A stretch of 64,000 bases of DNA, taken from the NCBI GenBank assembly GCA_965235115.1, contig OZ249437.1, positions 23,126,001 to 23,190,000 on the forward strand. Direction: 5' to 3'. How positions within the stretch are numbered: the first letter of the stretch is position 1; each line of letters begins with the position of its first letter. The notes under the pieces are model-generated. The model was given only the letters and a program-made list of their open reading frames with translations. It ran no database searches and was not told the DNA's origin. This document shows positions 54,301-63,479 of the stretch, in pieces. The stretch is from Laetmonice hystrix (Eukaryota). The position numbers were made by a program, and so were the translations under genes.

Positions 54301-55777
54301 AGGCACAGAAATAATTAAATTACAGTTAGTTATACCAGAAGAAGGAAAAGTCTCTCCTGGAGACTTAAGATCTAGTGTTATGGAACACTATCACAACAAT
54401 CTCTTGGGGGGATGTCATCAAGGTTTTGACAGAACCTATGATGCCATAAGGCGAAAGTATTTTTGGTTCAATATGTATACCCATGTTCAGGATTTGGTCA
54501 ACAGTTGTGCCAGTTGCCAACAAGCAAAGACCCACAGACACTCTCGACCAGCACCTCTCAAGCCCATGCCCATTGTTGGTCGTTTTGAACGATGGCATAT
54601 TGATTTCTTGGGTCCACTTCGCGAAAGTTCTGGCAACCATAAATACATCCTTTTAATAGTTGATTCATTTTCACGTTGGCCAGAAGCCTTTCCACTTGAG
54701 TCAAGTGATGCAAAAACAGTTGCAAGGGTATTGTATGAAGAAATATTCACCCGCTATGGCGCTCCAAAAACTCTTGTATCAGATAGAGGAAAACAATTCC
54801 TATCCATGCTTGTGGCTTCTTTGTGTGAACTTTTCAAAGTTAAACGTATTCACACATCCCCTTACCACCCACAAACGAATGCAACCTGTGAACGTTTTAA
54901 TGCAGTAATTGCACAAGGATTGAGAGCATATGTGGACACAACTCAATCAGATTGGCATACATATTTGCCAGGAATTCTCATGAGCTACCGTGCAACACCA
55001 GCTGCTCGATCAACAGGAATGTCCCCATTCTATACACTCTTTGGTGAAGATATGTCTCTTCCCATTGACAGAATAGTGGAACCTAAACCGAATCTTCCCA
55101 CAACTGTACAGAATTACTTGACAAAAACACTGGGACACATCCGTCGAATCCATGAACTTGCAAAAAGTAACATTGAGAAACATCAAACTCAGTACAAAAG
55201 TTACTATGATAAAGATACAGAGCCTCCACGATTCAAAGTCAACCAATTGGTGTGGCTTAGAGACCAGAAGGTCCCAGTTGGTTTGTCTTCCAAACTGCAC
55301 AAACCATGGAAAGGACCGTACTATATAGAACAGGTCCATGACAATAATACGTACACTCTGCGTAACATGTCATCCCACAAACCATTACCAAATCGTCAGA
55401 ATGGTAACAGGCTGAAACCATGTGTTACTTCAGAACCTCCACCTGAGACAATGGAACCTGACAATAACCAGACCCCTCCACAGTCAAATACCACAACTGT
55501 ACCCCCAAACATTCTGAGTGACCCAACTTCCAATGTAACACATGATGTTATGAATGATCCTAATCCACCCAAACCAATTAAGATCCTTAAAGCAGGATAT
55601 CAAAATGGGAAAAAGGTTTATAAAGTTCGATTAGAAGGACAGTCACCACAATGGCTGCTTCCAAACGATGTTCCACCAAACATGATAGCAGATTTTCATG
55701 CTAAGTTCACAAACACTGGGAAAGCGAAAAAGTTCAAACAGAAATCCTTGTTACAGGAATGTAGAGTTTCACAATAA
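51383..55777 (+). CDS. pol: Pol polyprotein (protease, RT, RNase H, integrase, chromo-like tail), same frame as gag
   Basis: LVDSGA (Asp codon at 51797) and ILGLDFL; IDFRKLN, LDLNSGFWQ, LPFGLCNAPATFQ, YVDD (53096-53107); CDASG, TDHKAL, ADVLSR; integrase H..H..C..C, IDFLGP, SDRGKQF, CERFN, WKGPY. Open from the codon after the gag TGA to TAA 55775-55777. Confidence 0.97.
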   Translation, partial: CGSSVHNRVHLNRENTTDSLLAKKLFNDYERIDQVKTLFSSKDSNLSKSSDIIYSSQTNQSVVKQIQPKARLTPSQNKKINSATLRISSNQDTNTDLSDSDHKEITVPHIMQVNSNTDSEFGNLIRLKVGNISTLALVDSGARVSCISNNFLRNMPTTPKQLMPLFDAVVGVGGEEHKVLSCIELKLNIQGYLVTQTFHVLEGHHSVILGLDFLNRYNIQLNFEEGSMIFPTGKCIPLQHPPRRTTVARTVSTIHILPRSQRTITVAFSKPQHSLIYMEPVFSLQEFHPDLVVPPTVDDPKGRFTQCKLLNHSDNLIILPKFTAIGLASTLFQPEILYNSEDAFNDELSGLDYKGMTESQLPKQDIDFDVSNSNLSPESKSELLEFLKAHRKAFAVDISELGTVKVAPHTIDTGDSPPVSQRFYRANPIVREEIDKQIDLLLKHNVIEPSTSMWRSPIVMVRKSDSSYRFAIDFRKLNQVTKKISFPLARVEDVWDSIGQRKSAIYSLLDLNSGFWQVKLDPATKHKTGFVTQHRQFQFRKLPFGLCNAPATFQKTMTEVLGDTLYDCAFVYVDDIIVHSPDFKTHLKDLERVFKRLEEAGITLKPSKCKFGEDSVKYLGHILSKDGIRPNPDKIRIVKDFVTPTNPRHVRKFLGLCNYYRRFIKDFGKLRAPLNDLLIKNTPFSWTEECAHSFQTLKDRLTGPVMLCFPDPTRKYTITCDASGTGLGFILSQQDKHGIDRVLAYGGRSLRRDEKAYSITEREGLAVIEGIREYRTYLIGSDFDIVTDHKALTYIKANEGGTGRLARWALELAGYNYNVVFRKGAENVNADVLSRTDDITTDIKAKLSHSVACQTDSFQPGEMETVNVDEIIHPHLAALSEHLFQPDPMPNLSTQIAAIDINAEIDAQEQTQLQLTSEADIKRQQQTGKTGKILNYLLTNQNKPEGYTDANLAKFKVQDGLLYHQLYLGVDPTGTEIIKLQLVIPEEGKVSPGDLRSSVMEHYHNNLLGGCHQGFDRTYDAIRRKYFWFNMYTHVQDLVNSCASCQQAKTHRHSRPAPLKPMPIVGRFERWHIDFLGPLRESSGNHKYILLIVDSFSRWPEAFPLESSDAKTVARVLYEEIFTRYGAPKTLVSDRGKQFLSMLVASLCELFKVKRIHTSPYHPQTNATCERFNAVIAQGLRAYVDTTQSDWHTYLPGILMSYRATPAARSTGMSPFYTLFGEDMSLPIDRIVEPKPNLPTTVQNYLTKTLGHIRRIHELAKSNIEKHQTQYKSYYDKDTEPPRFKVNQLVWLRDQKVPVGLSSKLHKPWKGPYYIEQVHDNNTYTLRNMSSHKPLPNRQNGNRLKPCVTSEPPPETMEPDNNQTPPQSNTTTVPPNILSDPTSNVTHDVMNDPNPPKPIKILKAGYQNGKKVYKVRLEGQSPQWLLPNDVPPNMIADFHAKFTNTGKAKKFKQKSLLQECRVSQ

Positions 55778-55835
55778 TTTGATAATAGTTCAGGCTAATT
55801 GAATGGCCCAGAATAATGATCCAAAAACATTATAA

Positions 55836-56507
55836 ATGGTAATGTGGATCGGCCTTCCTCATAACTGCACAAGGGAGAGGACTTGTAGAAAGTCAACACT
55901 CGAGACTAGTGGTGTAAGACGGAAATTTTTTTTCTCACCATTATCATTTTCAACAATTAGGGCTGGTTCCCTTCACAACATTGAAAACTCGTATTCCGCT
56001 TTCTTCTGCTCGCTCTCCAGAGTGGCCATCAGGGCCCATGATGGCACGACAGCCCACATCGTCATCGTCCCGCAGTCGAGGATTTTTATGGCTTTTGATT
56101 CTTTGTTTCTGTGGCTATACATGCAGCCTGGCAACCTCATTGGTATAGAATTTTGTGATAGGGATAAAAGTATCACAATACCGATTGTGTCAGTACCTTT
56201 TTGTCCCAAGTTCTATAATTTTACTGCTGCTAGCGTCTTAAAACAACTGGAAATCCAGGGTACTCTTCTCCCAAAGATTCTTATTACTTGGGATAACTTA
56301 AAGGTTACAAACTTGTTAACGGATGAGACCATTGAAATGCCAACTGTAATAACCATCTCACCCCTTTCTGCCTACCGCCTTAGGAAACTTGTTCGCTCAC
56401 CTTATGAGGCCCATTTCTTGATGGACCATGGGCGTAGATCCGTCTATATACCACTGTGTGCCCAACCATGTAATGCTATGTATCCTGAACTGCCACGTTC
56501 AACTTAG
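55836..56507 (+). CDS. Accessory ORF3 downstream of pol (223 codons open; likely real part from about 56088/56145), possibly a truncated env-like protein
   Basis: Open frame between pol and the 3' LTR. The C-terminal 120 aa (IEFCDRDKSITIPIVSVPFCP...ITWDNLKVTN...AYRLRKLVRSPY) read like a folded beta-rich domain and resemble, from memory only, the post-transmembrane tail of env-like ORFs in invertebrate Gypsy elements. Confidence 0.55.
   Translation: MVMWIGLPHNCTRERTCRKSTLETSGVRRKFFFSPLSFSTIRAGSLHNIENSYSAFFCSLSRVAIRAHDGTTAHIVIVPQSRIFMAFDSLFLWLYMQPGNLIGIEFCDRDKSITIPIVSVPFCPKFYNFTAASVLKQLEIQGTLLPKILITWDNLKVTNLLTDETIEMPTVITISPLSAYRLRKLVRSPYEAHFLMDHGRRSVYIPLCAQPCNAMYPELPRST
56038..56148 (+). CDS. 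Small hydrophobic Cys-rich ORF (36 aa, MMARQPTSSSSRSRGFLWLLILCFCGYTCSLATSLV); possible N-terminal membrane anchor of ORF3
   Basis: First ATGs after the strong acceptor at 56020; second ATG has A at -3 and G at +4; hydrophobic core GFLWLLILCFC; stop overlaps the start of the globular-looking part of ORF3 in the -1 frame. Confidence 0.4.
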   Translation: MMARQPTSSSSRSRGFLWLLILCFCGYTCSLATSLV

Positions 56508-57064
56508 ATAGTTTTAGGTTTTAAGGTATTTTAGCTTTTGTATTTGCCACTGTTGACGAGTCATATTTCAATTATGTGTAATGCGACAGAGGGTCTGCCT
56601 CTGGTATTTTGGTGTTGTTTTTTTTTCTTCTTCAAGTGTCACATTTATATTTTGTGACTTCTTCATGTGGACTCCTTACCTTTTGGACTGGACATATATC
56701 CACGACAAGTGTGTTTATTGATAATTTGTGTGCTTTTGTTTTCTTGGTGCAAACCTTTGACCAAGCAAGGTCATAACGAACAATGGACAATTCTCCGGTC
56801 GCATACGGACATTCGCCAGTTGCCAGCACAACTGTGAACCCTCGGTGGACTATGCCGACTCAAGGACTTCAGTTCCATTTATATAAATATTATTATTATT
56901 GTATCAATGTGTTGTTTTAGCTTCGGCTCGAAGCATGGAACATTTAATTTTTCTTGTGGACTTATAAAACTTTTAAAGGTCTATCTTCAGACCTCCTTTT
57001 CATCTGTGAAGGACACAGTGCAAGATAGTTTTAATGACTTTACGTTCGGAGACCGAACTTTTCT

Positions 57065-57078
57065 AACAACCGGAGTGA
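57065..57078 (+). other. Atypical polypurine-tract position (AACAACCGGAGTGA)
   Basis: Directly precedes the 3' LTR; only weakly purine-rich. Confidence 0.4.
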
Positions 57079-57864
57079 TATCATCAAGTATAATTTAATG
57101 TTTTCTATATTTTATTCTTAATCTGTTTTATTCTTAATATTTCGTGTTTCCACGTTTGGTGGATCTGTATGTATGTATCTTCTCTGCAGCATGCAGAGGC
57201 CACACACAGGTCAGAAATATGTAGACCTATCTCTATTTTAATCTTGGGAGGATGTGGAGTGGATATACGGTGGCTCAACGGAAAATCCCCAGCATGAGAT
57301 CCCTGGTCCCCTAACACCTACCCCAGTCCTTATATGGTAGGGACATCAACTGACCAGTGGTCACCTCTGACGTGATTCCACGTATTTTGGGGGTCGGTCG
57401 CTGGTCCTCCCTTTGCCCCTCCAGATAAGGGCATGATCTGGGAAACCACACCCCCCTCTCACCGTGGGCAGCACGTGGGTGCAGGGCAGGGTTCATACTT
57501 GACCATGCACTGTACCCACAGTATATAAGTCCCACAAAATCCTACCCAGGGAGATAGACCATAGAACAGATAGACACACATAGATACGATACATAGGAGA
57601 CACACAGTCACCATCACCATCCACGTCAGCCACCAGCCACTCCACTCCTCCGGTAAGTCAGCTTCTCACATTGTTGACGGTCACACTTGTACTGGGCATT
57701 TATACAACCTCTCGTAAGCTCTACTCGTATTAAATTATTCTCTCTAACTCACGGATCCTACGTTATTATTCCCCTCCTATTATTAATTGTGTCGTTCCCG
57801 CTTGCTCACGCTAGTCTCCCCCCACAACACGAAACCACCCATACACCGGTTAAGCGGGACGACA
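57079..57864 (+). repeat. 3' LTR
   Basis: Copy of 49150-49935, followed immediately by TSD TATG. Confidence 0.96.
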
Positions 57865-58190
57865 TATGCTACTCTGTACGGATCACTAAAACAGGACACA
57901 ATACTCACAGTCCACCCTCACCCTGCCCGCTGTTTGTCCCAACCCTCACCTTCAACCTCTCACCCTGCCGACCTCTGACCCTGTGACCTCACCCTGATTG
58001 TACGGGTTCAGCGGCAGGATCGTCACCCCACGCCGCACACATTGTACGGCTGGTTACCTCCGACTCTCATCCTTGACCAGCGGGCAGTCACTGTCCAGTC
58101 ACCTTGACCCCTCCCTCATGTCCTCTGGTACCAACTGACTGTCACCAACTGGGGTCTAACTAATTCACCTAGCGACAGGGGGTGGCCGGA

Positions 58191-60720
58191 CGTGATTGGG
58201 TCTCAGTGAGACCCATTGTTGATGTGTGGATCCTGTGTTTTTCTTTTGAAATGCACGGGCATCAGGGGTAACCCAATTACTTTGACAATGTCCCTAAAGA
58301 GAAAAGTTGTATAGTCCTCTACAGGAATCGAACCCAGGCCCTAAGATTACTGCACCCATTCGCATAGCATGTGATTGGGTCTCACAAAGACCCAGTGAGA
58401 CCCATTGTTGATGTGTGGATCCTGTGTGTGATTGGGTCTCACAAAGACCCAGTGAGACCCATTGTTGATGTGTGGATCCTGTGTGTGAATGGGTCTCACA
58501 AAGACCCAGTGAGACCCATTGTTGATGTGTGGATCCTGTGTGTGATTGGGTCTCACAAAGATCCAGTGAGACCCATTGTTGATGTGTGGATCCTTTGTGT
58601 GGATCCTGTGTGTGAATGGGTCTCACAAAGACCCAGTGAGACCCATTGTTGATGTGTGGATCCTGTGTGTGAATGGGTCTCACAAAGATCCAGTGAGACC
58701 CATTGTTGATGTGTGGATCCTGTGTGATTGGGTCTCACAAAGACCCAGTGAGACCCATTGTTGATGTGTGGATCCTGTGTGTTAATGGGTCTCACAAAGA
58801 CCCAGTGAGACCCATTGTTGATGTGTGGATCCTGTGTTTTTCTTTTGAAAATGCACGGGCATCAGGGGTAACCCAATTACTTTTGACAATGTCCCTAAAG
58901 AGAAAAGTTGTATAGTCCTCTACAGGAATCGAACCCAGGCCCTAAGATTACTGCACCCATTCGCATAGCATAAGGTGTCGACATCCATGCCCACTAGGCC
59001 ACCGCTACTCCCCTAATAAAGGAGCTTTGGTGGTCGAGCAGGACAATGGACCCTCCCCCCTACACACATCTTTTTTAAATGAGACGGAATCCATATTTTC
59101 CTAGTTAGAGCTACACATGATTTCTACCGAACATTGACTGTTAAGGTAATCCTGGCACTGGCGTAGACTGTATTTTTCTTTTGAAAATGCACGGGCATCA
59201 GGGGTAACCCAATTACTTTTGACAATGTCCCTAAAGAGAAAAGTTGTATAGTCCTCTACAGGAATCGAACCCAGGCCCTAAGATTACTGCACCCATTCGC
59301 ATAGCATAAGGTGTCGACATCCATGCCCACTAGGCCACCGCCACTCCCCTAATAAAGGAGCTTTGGTGGTCGAGCAGGACAATGGACCCTCCCCCCTACA
59401 CACATCTTTTTTAAATGAGACGGAATCCATATTTTCCTAGTTAGAGCTACACATGATTTCTACCGAACATTGACTGTTAAGGTAATCCTGGCACTGGCGT
59501 AGACTGTATTTTTCTTTTGAAAATGCACGGGCATCAGGGGTAACCCAATTACTTTTGACAATGTCCCTAAAGAGAAAAGTTGTATAGTCCTCTACAGGAA
59601 TCGAACCCAGGCCCTAAGATTACTGCACCCATTCGCATAGCAAGGTGTCGACATCCATGCCCACTAGGCCACCGCCACTCCCCTAATAAAGGAGCTTTGG
59701 TGGTCGAGCAGGACAATGGACCCTCCCCCCTACACACATCTTTTTTAAATGAGACGGAGTGATTGGGTCTCACAAAGATCCAGTGAGACCCATTGTTGAT
59801 GTGTGGATCCTCTGTGTGATTGGGTCTCAGTGAGACCCAGTGAGACCCATTGTTGATGTGTTGATCCTGTGTGTGATTGGATCTCACAAAGACCCAGTGA
59901 GACCCATTGTTGATGTGTGGATCCTGTGTGTGATTGGGTCTCACAAAGACCCAGTGAGACCCATTGTTGATGTGTGGATCCTGTGTGTGATTGGGTCCCA
60001 GTGAGACCCATTGTTGATGTGTGGATCCTGTGTGTGATTGGGTCTCACAAAGACCCAGTGAGACCCATTGTTGATGTGTGGATCCTGTGTGTGATTGGGT
60101 CTCACAAAGACCCAGTGAGATCTATTGTTGATGTGTGGATCCTGTGTTTTTCTTTTGAAATGCACGGGCATCAGGGGTAACCCAATTACTTTGACAATGT
60201 CCCTAAAGAGAAAGGTTGTATAGTCCTCTACAGGAATCGAACCCAGGCCCTAAGATTACTGCACCCATTCGCATAGCATAAGGTGTCGACATCGTGATTG
60301 GGTCTCAGTGAGACCCAGTGAGACCCATTGTTGATGTGTGGATCCTGTGTGTGATTGGGTCTCACAAAGACCCAGTGAGACCCATTGTTGATGTGTTGAT
60401 CCTGTGTGTGATTGGGTCTCACAAAGACCCAGTGAGACCCATTGTTGATGTGTGGATCCTGTGTGTGATTGGGTCTCAGTGAGACCCATTGTTGACGTGT
60501 GGATCCTGTGTGTGCATCCTGTGTGTGATTGGGTCTCACAAAGACCCAGTGAGACCCATTGTTGATGTGTGGATCCTGTGTGTGATTGGGTCTCACAAAG
60601 ACCCAGTGAGACCCATTGTCTGTGTGTGGATCCTGTGTGTGATTGGGTCTCACAAAGACCCAGTGAGACCCATTGTTGATGTGTGGATCCTCTGTGTGAT
60701 TGGGTCTCACATTGGGTCTC
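58191..60720. repeat. Composite array: 57-bp hairpin minisatellite interleaved with five SINE copies
   Basis: Unit GTGATTGGGTCTCACAAAGACCCAGTGAGACCCATTGTTGATGTGTGGATCCTGTGT; 336-bp tandem block at about 58838-59758. Confidence 0.92.
58838..59008 (-). mobile_element. tRNA-derived SINE-like element (about 170 bp), full copy; further copies at +336 and +672 bp, truncated copies at about 58238-58368 and 60148-60293
   Basis: Minus strand has A box TGGCCTAGTGG (58991-59001), B box GGTTCGATTCC (58925-58935) and an A-rich 3' end; the acceptor stem does not pair, so it is not a functional tRNA. Confidence 0.7.
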
Positions 60721-60873
60721 ACTGTGTCTGAAGCGAGAGTTTGGGTGTAATTGCAATGACCCTGCCGACAGTGAGCCGATCACACCAGGCGGCTGGAGAT
60801 GTCCCCCATCACCTGTCTGCTCCCTGAGGTGTTACCCTGGTCTGTCCTGATTCATGCTGTCCCACACCTTGAT

Positions 60874-62351
60874 CAGGGATGAAAGTGGCCAGCTGTAAAA
60901 TTTCCTGAAATTCTGACCGGGGGGGGGGGGGGGGAGCGGCGGGGGCCAATGTCCATAATTAATATTTGTTCATGCGCACATCCAAGGCTTACCCCCCCCC
61001 CCCCCTTAAAAAAAGTCAGGCTAGGAACAGCAGACAATCATGATCCAATAAGGCCTCCTAGCTATTATATATTATAGGGCCTAGCCCTCAGTATTTAGTC
61101 GCCACCCCCCCCCCACCCCCCCACCCCCCCCCCCCCTCAACCCCCCACCCCTGCAAATTTGCTGGATAGACTCCATCACTCATCAGTCCATGCCCCTGTT
61201 CAAGGCTGTTGCTTGCCTGTCACTCAGTCACAGTCAGTGCATGTCAACCTCTGCCTGGCTGTGCCGTCTCTCTCCAACATTGGAATCCAGTCGGCTTTTA
61301 GCGTCCAAAATGCAACCGATTACGTTGTCAAACAGCTTCCATGTGTTAGACTGACCACACAGGCTGTCCATCAGTCTTGACCCTCAGCAGTCACGACCCT
61401 CAGCGGCTCTCAGCCAAGCAACACAGTCGCTGAGTCGAGTGGTTCAGCCCGTGTGTCCATGTGCCACTCGTCTCATGTTGTTGTGAAAATTGTCACTTCC
61501 GGTCTTATCAGGACACCTGCACTGATCGACAAATGTAATGAAAAGTCCTGACAACCCCAAAACTTCAGTGAAAACCACTTACGTAATGCCACTATCCTCA
61601 AATTTATATGCAAGAACACATTATGAGAACTTACTGACATATATACTAGGCAGATTCATAGAACTAAATTGACCCAGTTTCCTGTGAGGAGTGACATGTG
61701 ATGGTGCATAGTTCGTCAGCCTAATCACTATCACCAACGCCGGGACTAGACAGACCGGTCTGTCTATACTATAGTCTCGTTCACTAAGTGAGCGCTCAGG
61801 CAAAACTCGCGCATGGATATGGCATAATGGCAAGCCTGAATCAACGGGCTTCGCAGCTGCCTGACCATCAATTTTGCCTGAAGTCATTACCTGAGGCGAG
61901 TCGCTCTCACCACAGCGACACGGGGCCGTGCCTGCCAGACGGGACAGACGCCACCGCGTGCCGGTAGAAGTCAGCTCACGCCGGCCGGTCTATGTGAGCG
62001 ATGTGACCACAGCTACAGGGACCAGCACCCCCGGCAGACCGGCCTATGCACGGTGGCACCCGTGACACTGAACGGGTTTGAGACACTCTAATATCCCCAT
62101 CTATAAACGAACTTTGGCAGGTAGATATATTGAGCTGCATGGTGTTAAAAAACGTCCTGGAAGGGGATATTGTTTCATTTGATATTAATTGCCCACCACA
62201 CAGTCCAGGGCAATACTTAGCCTTGGCTTAGGCCTACCTCTTTTGCCTATAGATCTAGGCCTATTTCCTTTTTTGGGTGTTATTTCTTGGGGGGGGGGGA
62301 TTTTTTCAAATTTCCTGATTTCAGGAAATTTCCTGAAAACTTTCATCCCTG
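60874..62351. mobile_element. Non-autonomous DNA transposon, 1478 bp, 13-bp TIR CAGGGATGAAAGT, 6-bp TSD CTTGAT (hAT-like)
   Basis: TIRs at 60874-60886 and 62339-62351; CTTGAT at 60868-60873 and 62352-62357; subterminal AAATTTCCTGAA motifs at both ends; no transposase ORF. Confidence 0.8.
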
Positions 62352-63096
62352 CTTGATGGTCGCCGCCCTGTGAGCTTGGACTCATCAACGAGTGACTGAT
62401 GGAGTCAGACAGTCAGAGGATGGCCCTCTCTCCATCCCTCTCTCCCCTTCCTCCCTCCCTTCCTCTCCTTCCTCTCCTCCCTCCTTGTATCCCTGTCCCT
62501 CCCCCTGGTCCCGGTCCCTCTCCCTTACCCCTATTTCATGGGAATTCTACCATGGGATATTAACCCTGAAAGACCCCCTCCCTCGTCCCGCCTACCCACG
62601 GCCCAGCGTCTGCCGAGACGCTGACTCCAGACAGGTAATGGGCATTAAGTATCTTATCATGACACCTGACATGCTAAGCATGTCACCGGGTGACATGGCT
62701 GATAAGACTCCGGAGGTAGCGGCTGGTAGCGGAACATCACACGCCCAGCCCCACCCCACCCCCACCCCCACCCCCCACCCCCCACCTCACACCAATGAGA
62801 CTAGACGGTTGCTCACACTGACTCTCAGCCTCAGCCGTGACTATCAATTATTAGTGGATTCTCATTTATTGGGGGGGGGGGGGCGTCCCCCCTTCATCCG
62901 CGGGCCCTCAACGGTACTTCCTCTGGTTACCAACCCTCAATGACACCACTATCACCTGGTACCCACACGCTATAACCTTTGACCCTGGGGCAATTAACTT
63001 GACCCTGCGGTGACCCTGGGGTCAGGTCACAAGGTTTGTACGTAGAGGAGAATGTAGGGAGATTTCCAATCCTAGTCTCTCGTTATGGCACCCGTG

Positions 63097-63346
63097 TTCC
63101 CGTATGCACCATCCCCTGCCTGGTCGTATTCCCGTGTGCACCATCTACTCTTCCCTGGTCATATTCCTGTGTGCACCATCCCTCCTCCCTGGTCATATTC
63201 CTGTGTGCACCATCCCTCCCCCTGGTCATATTCCCGTGTGCACCATCCCTCCTCCCTTGTCATATTCCTGTGTGCACCATCCCTCCTCCCTGGTCATATT
63301 CCTGTGTGCACCATCTCCTCCCTAGTCATATTCCCGTGTTCACCAT
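63097..63346. repeat. About 33-bp unit, about 7 copies
   Basis: GTGCACCATCCCTCCTCCCTGGTCATATTCCTGT. Confidence 0.9.
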
Positions 63347-63479
63347 CACCATCGTTGAGTGGAAACTTTAGCTGACTATCAAGTCCTCCTGTGACTCACG
63401 TCACCTCAGAGTGACACCTAACACCAACCTGACGTTGTGTTAAAAGGCAGCTCGGCAGAGGAATCAAAATACATTTTGT

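Larger units (their letters stand above)
49150..57864 (+). mobile_element. Full-length Ty3/Gypsy (Metaviridae) LTR retrotransposon, 8715 bp
   Basis: Two 786-bp direct repeats offset by 7929 bp; TATG direct repeat at 49146-49149 and 57865-57868; PBS after the 5' LTR; gag then PR-RT-RH-IN domain order (Gypsy type). Confidence 0.98.

Noticed and set aside
58915-59008. Functional tRNA gene
   Set aside because: A and B boxes are present but the acceptor and anticodon stems do not pair and an A-rich tail follows; called SINE-like instead.
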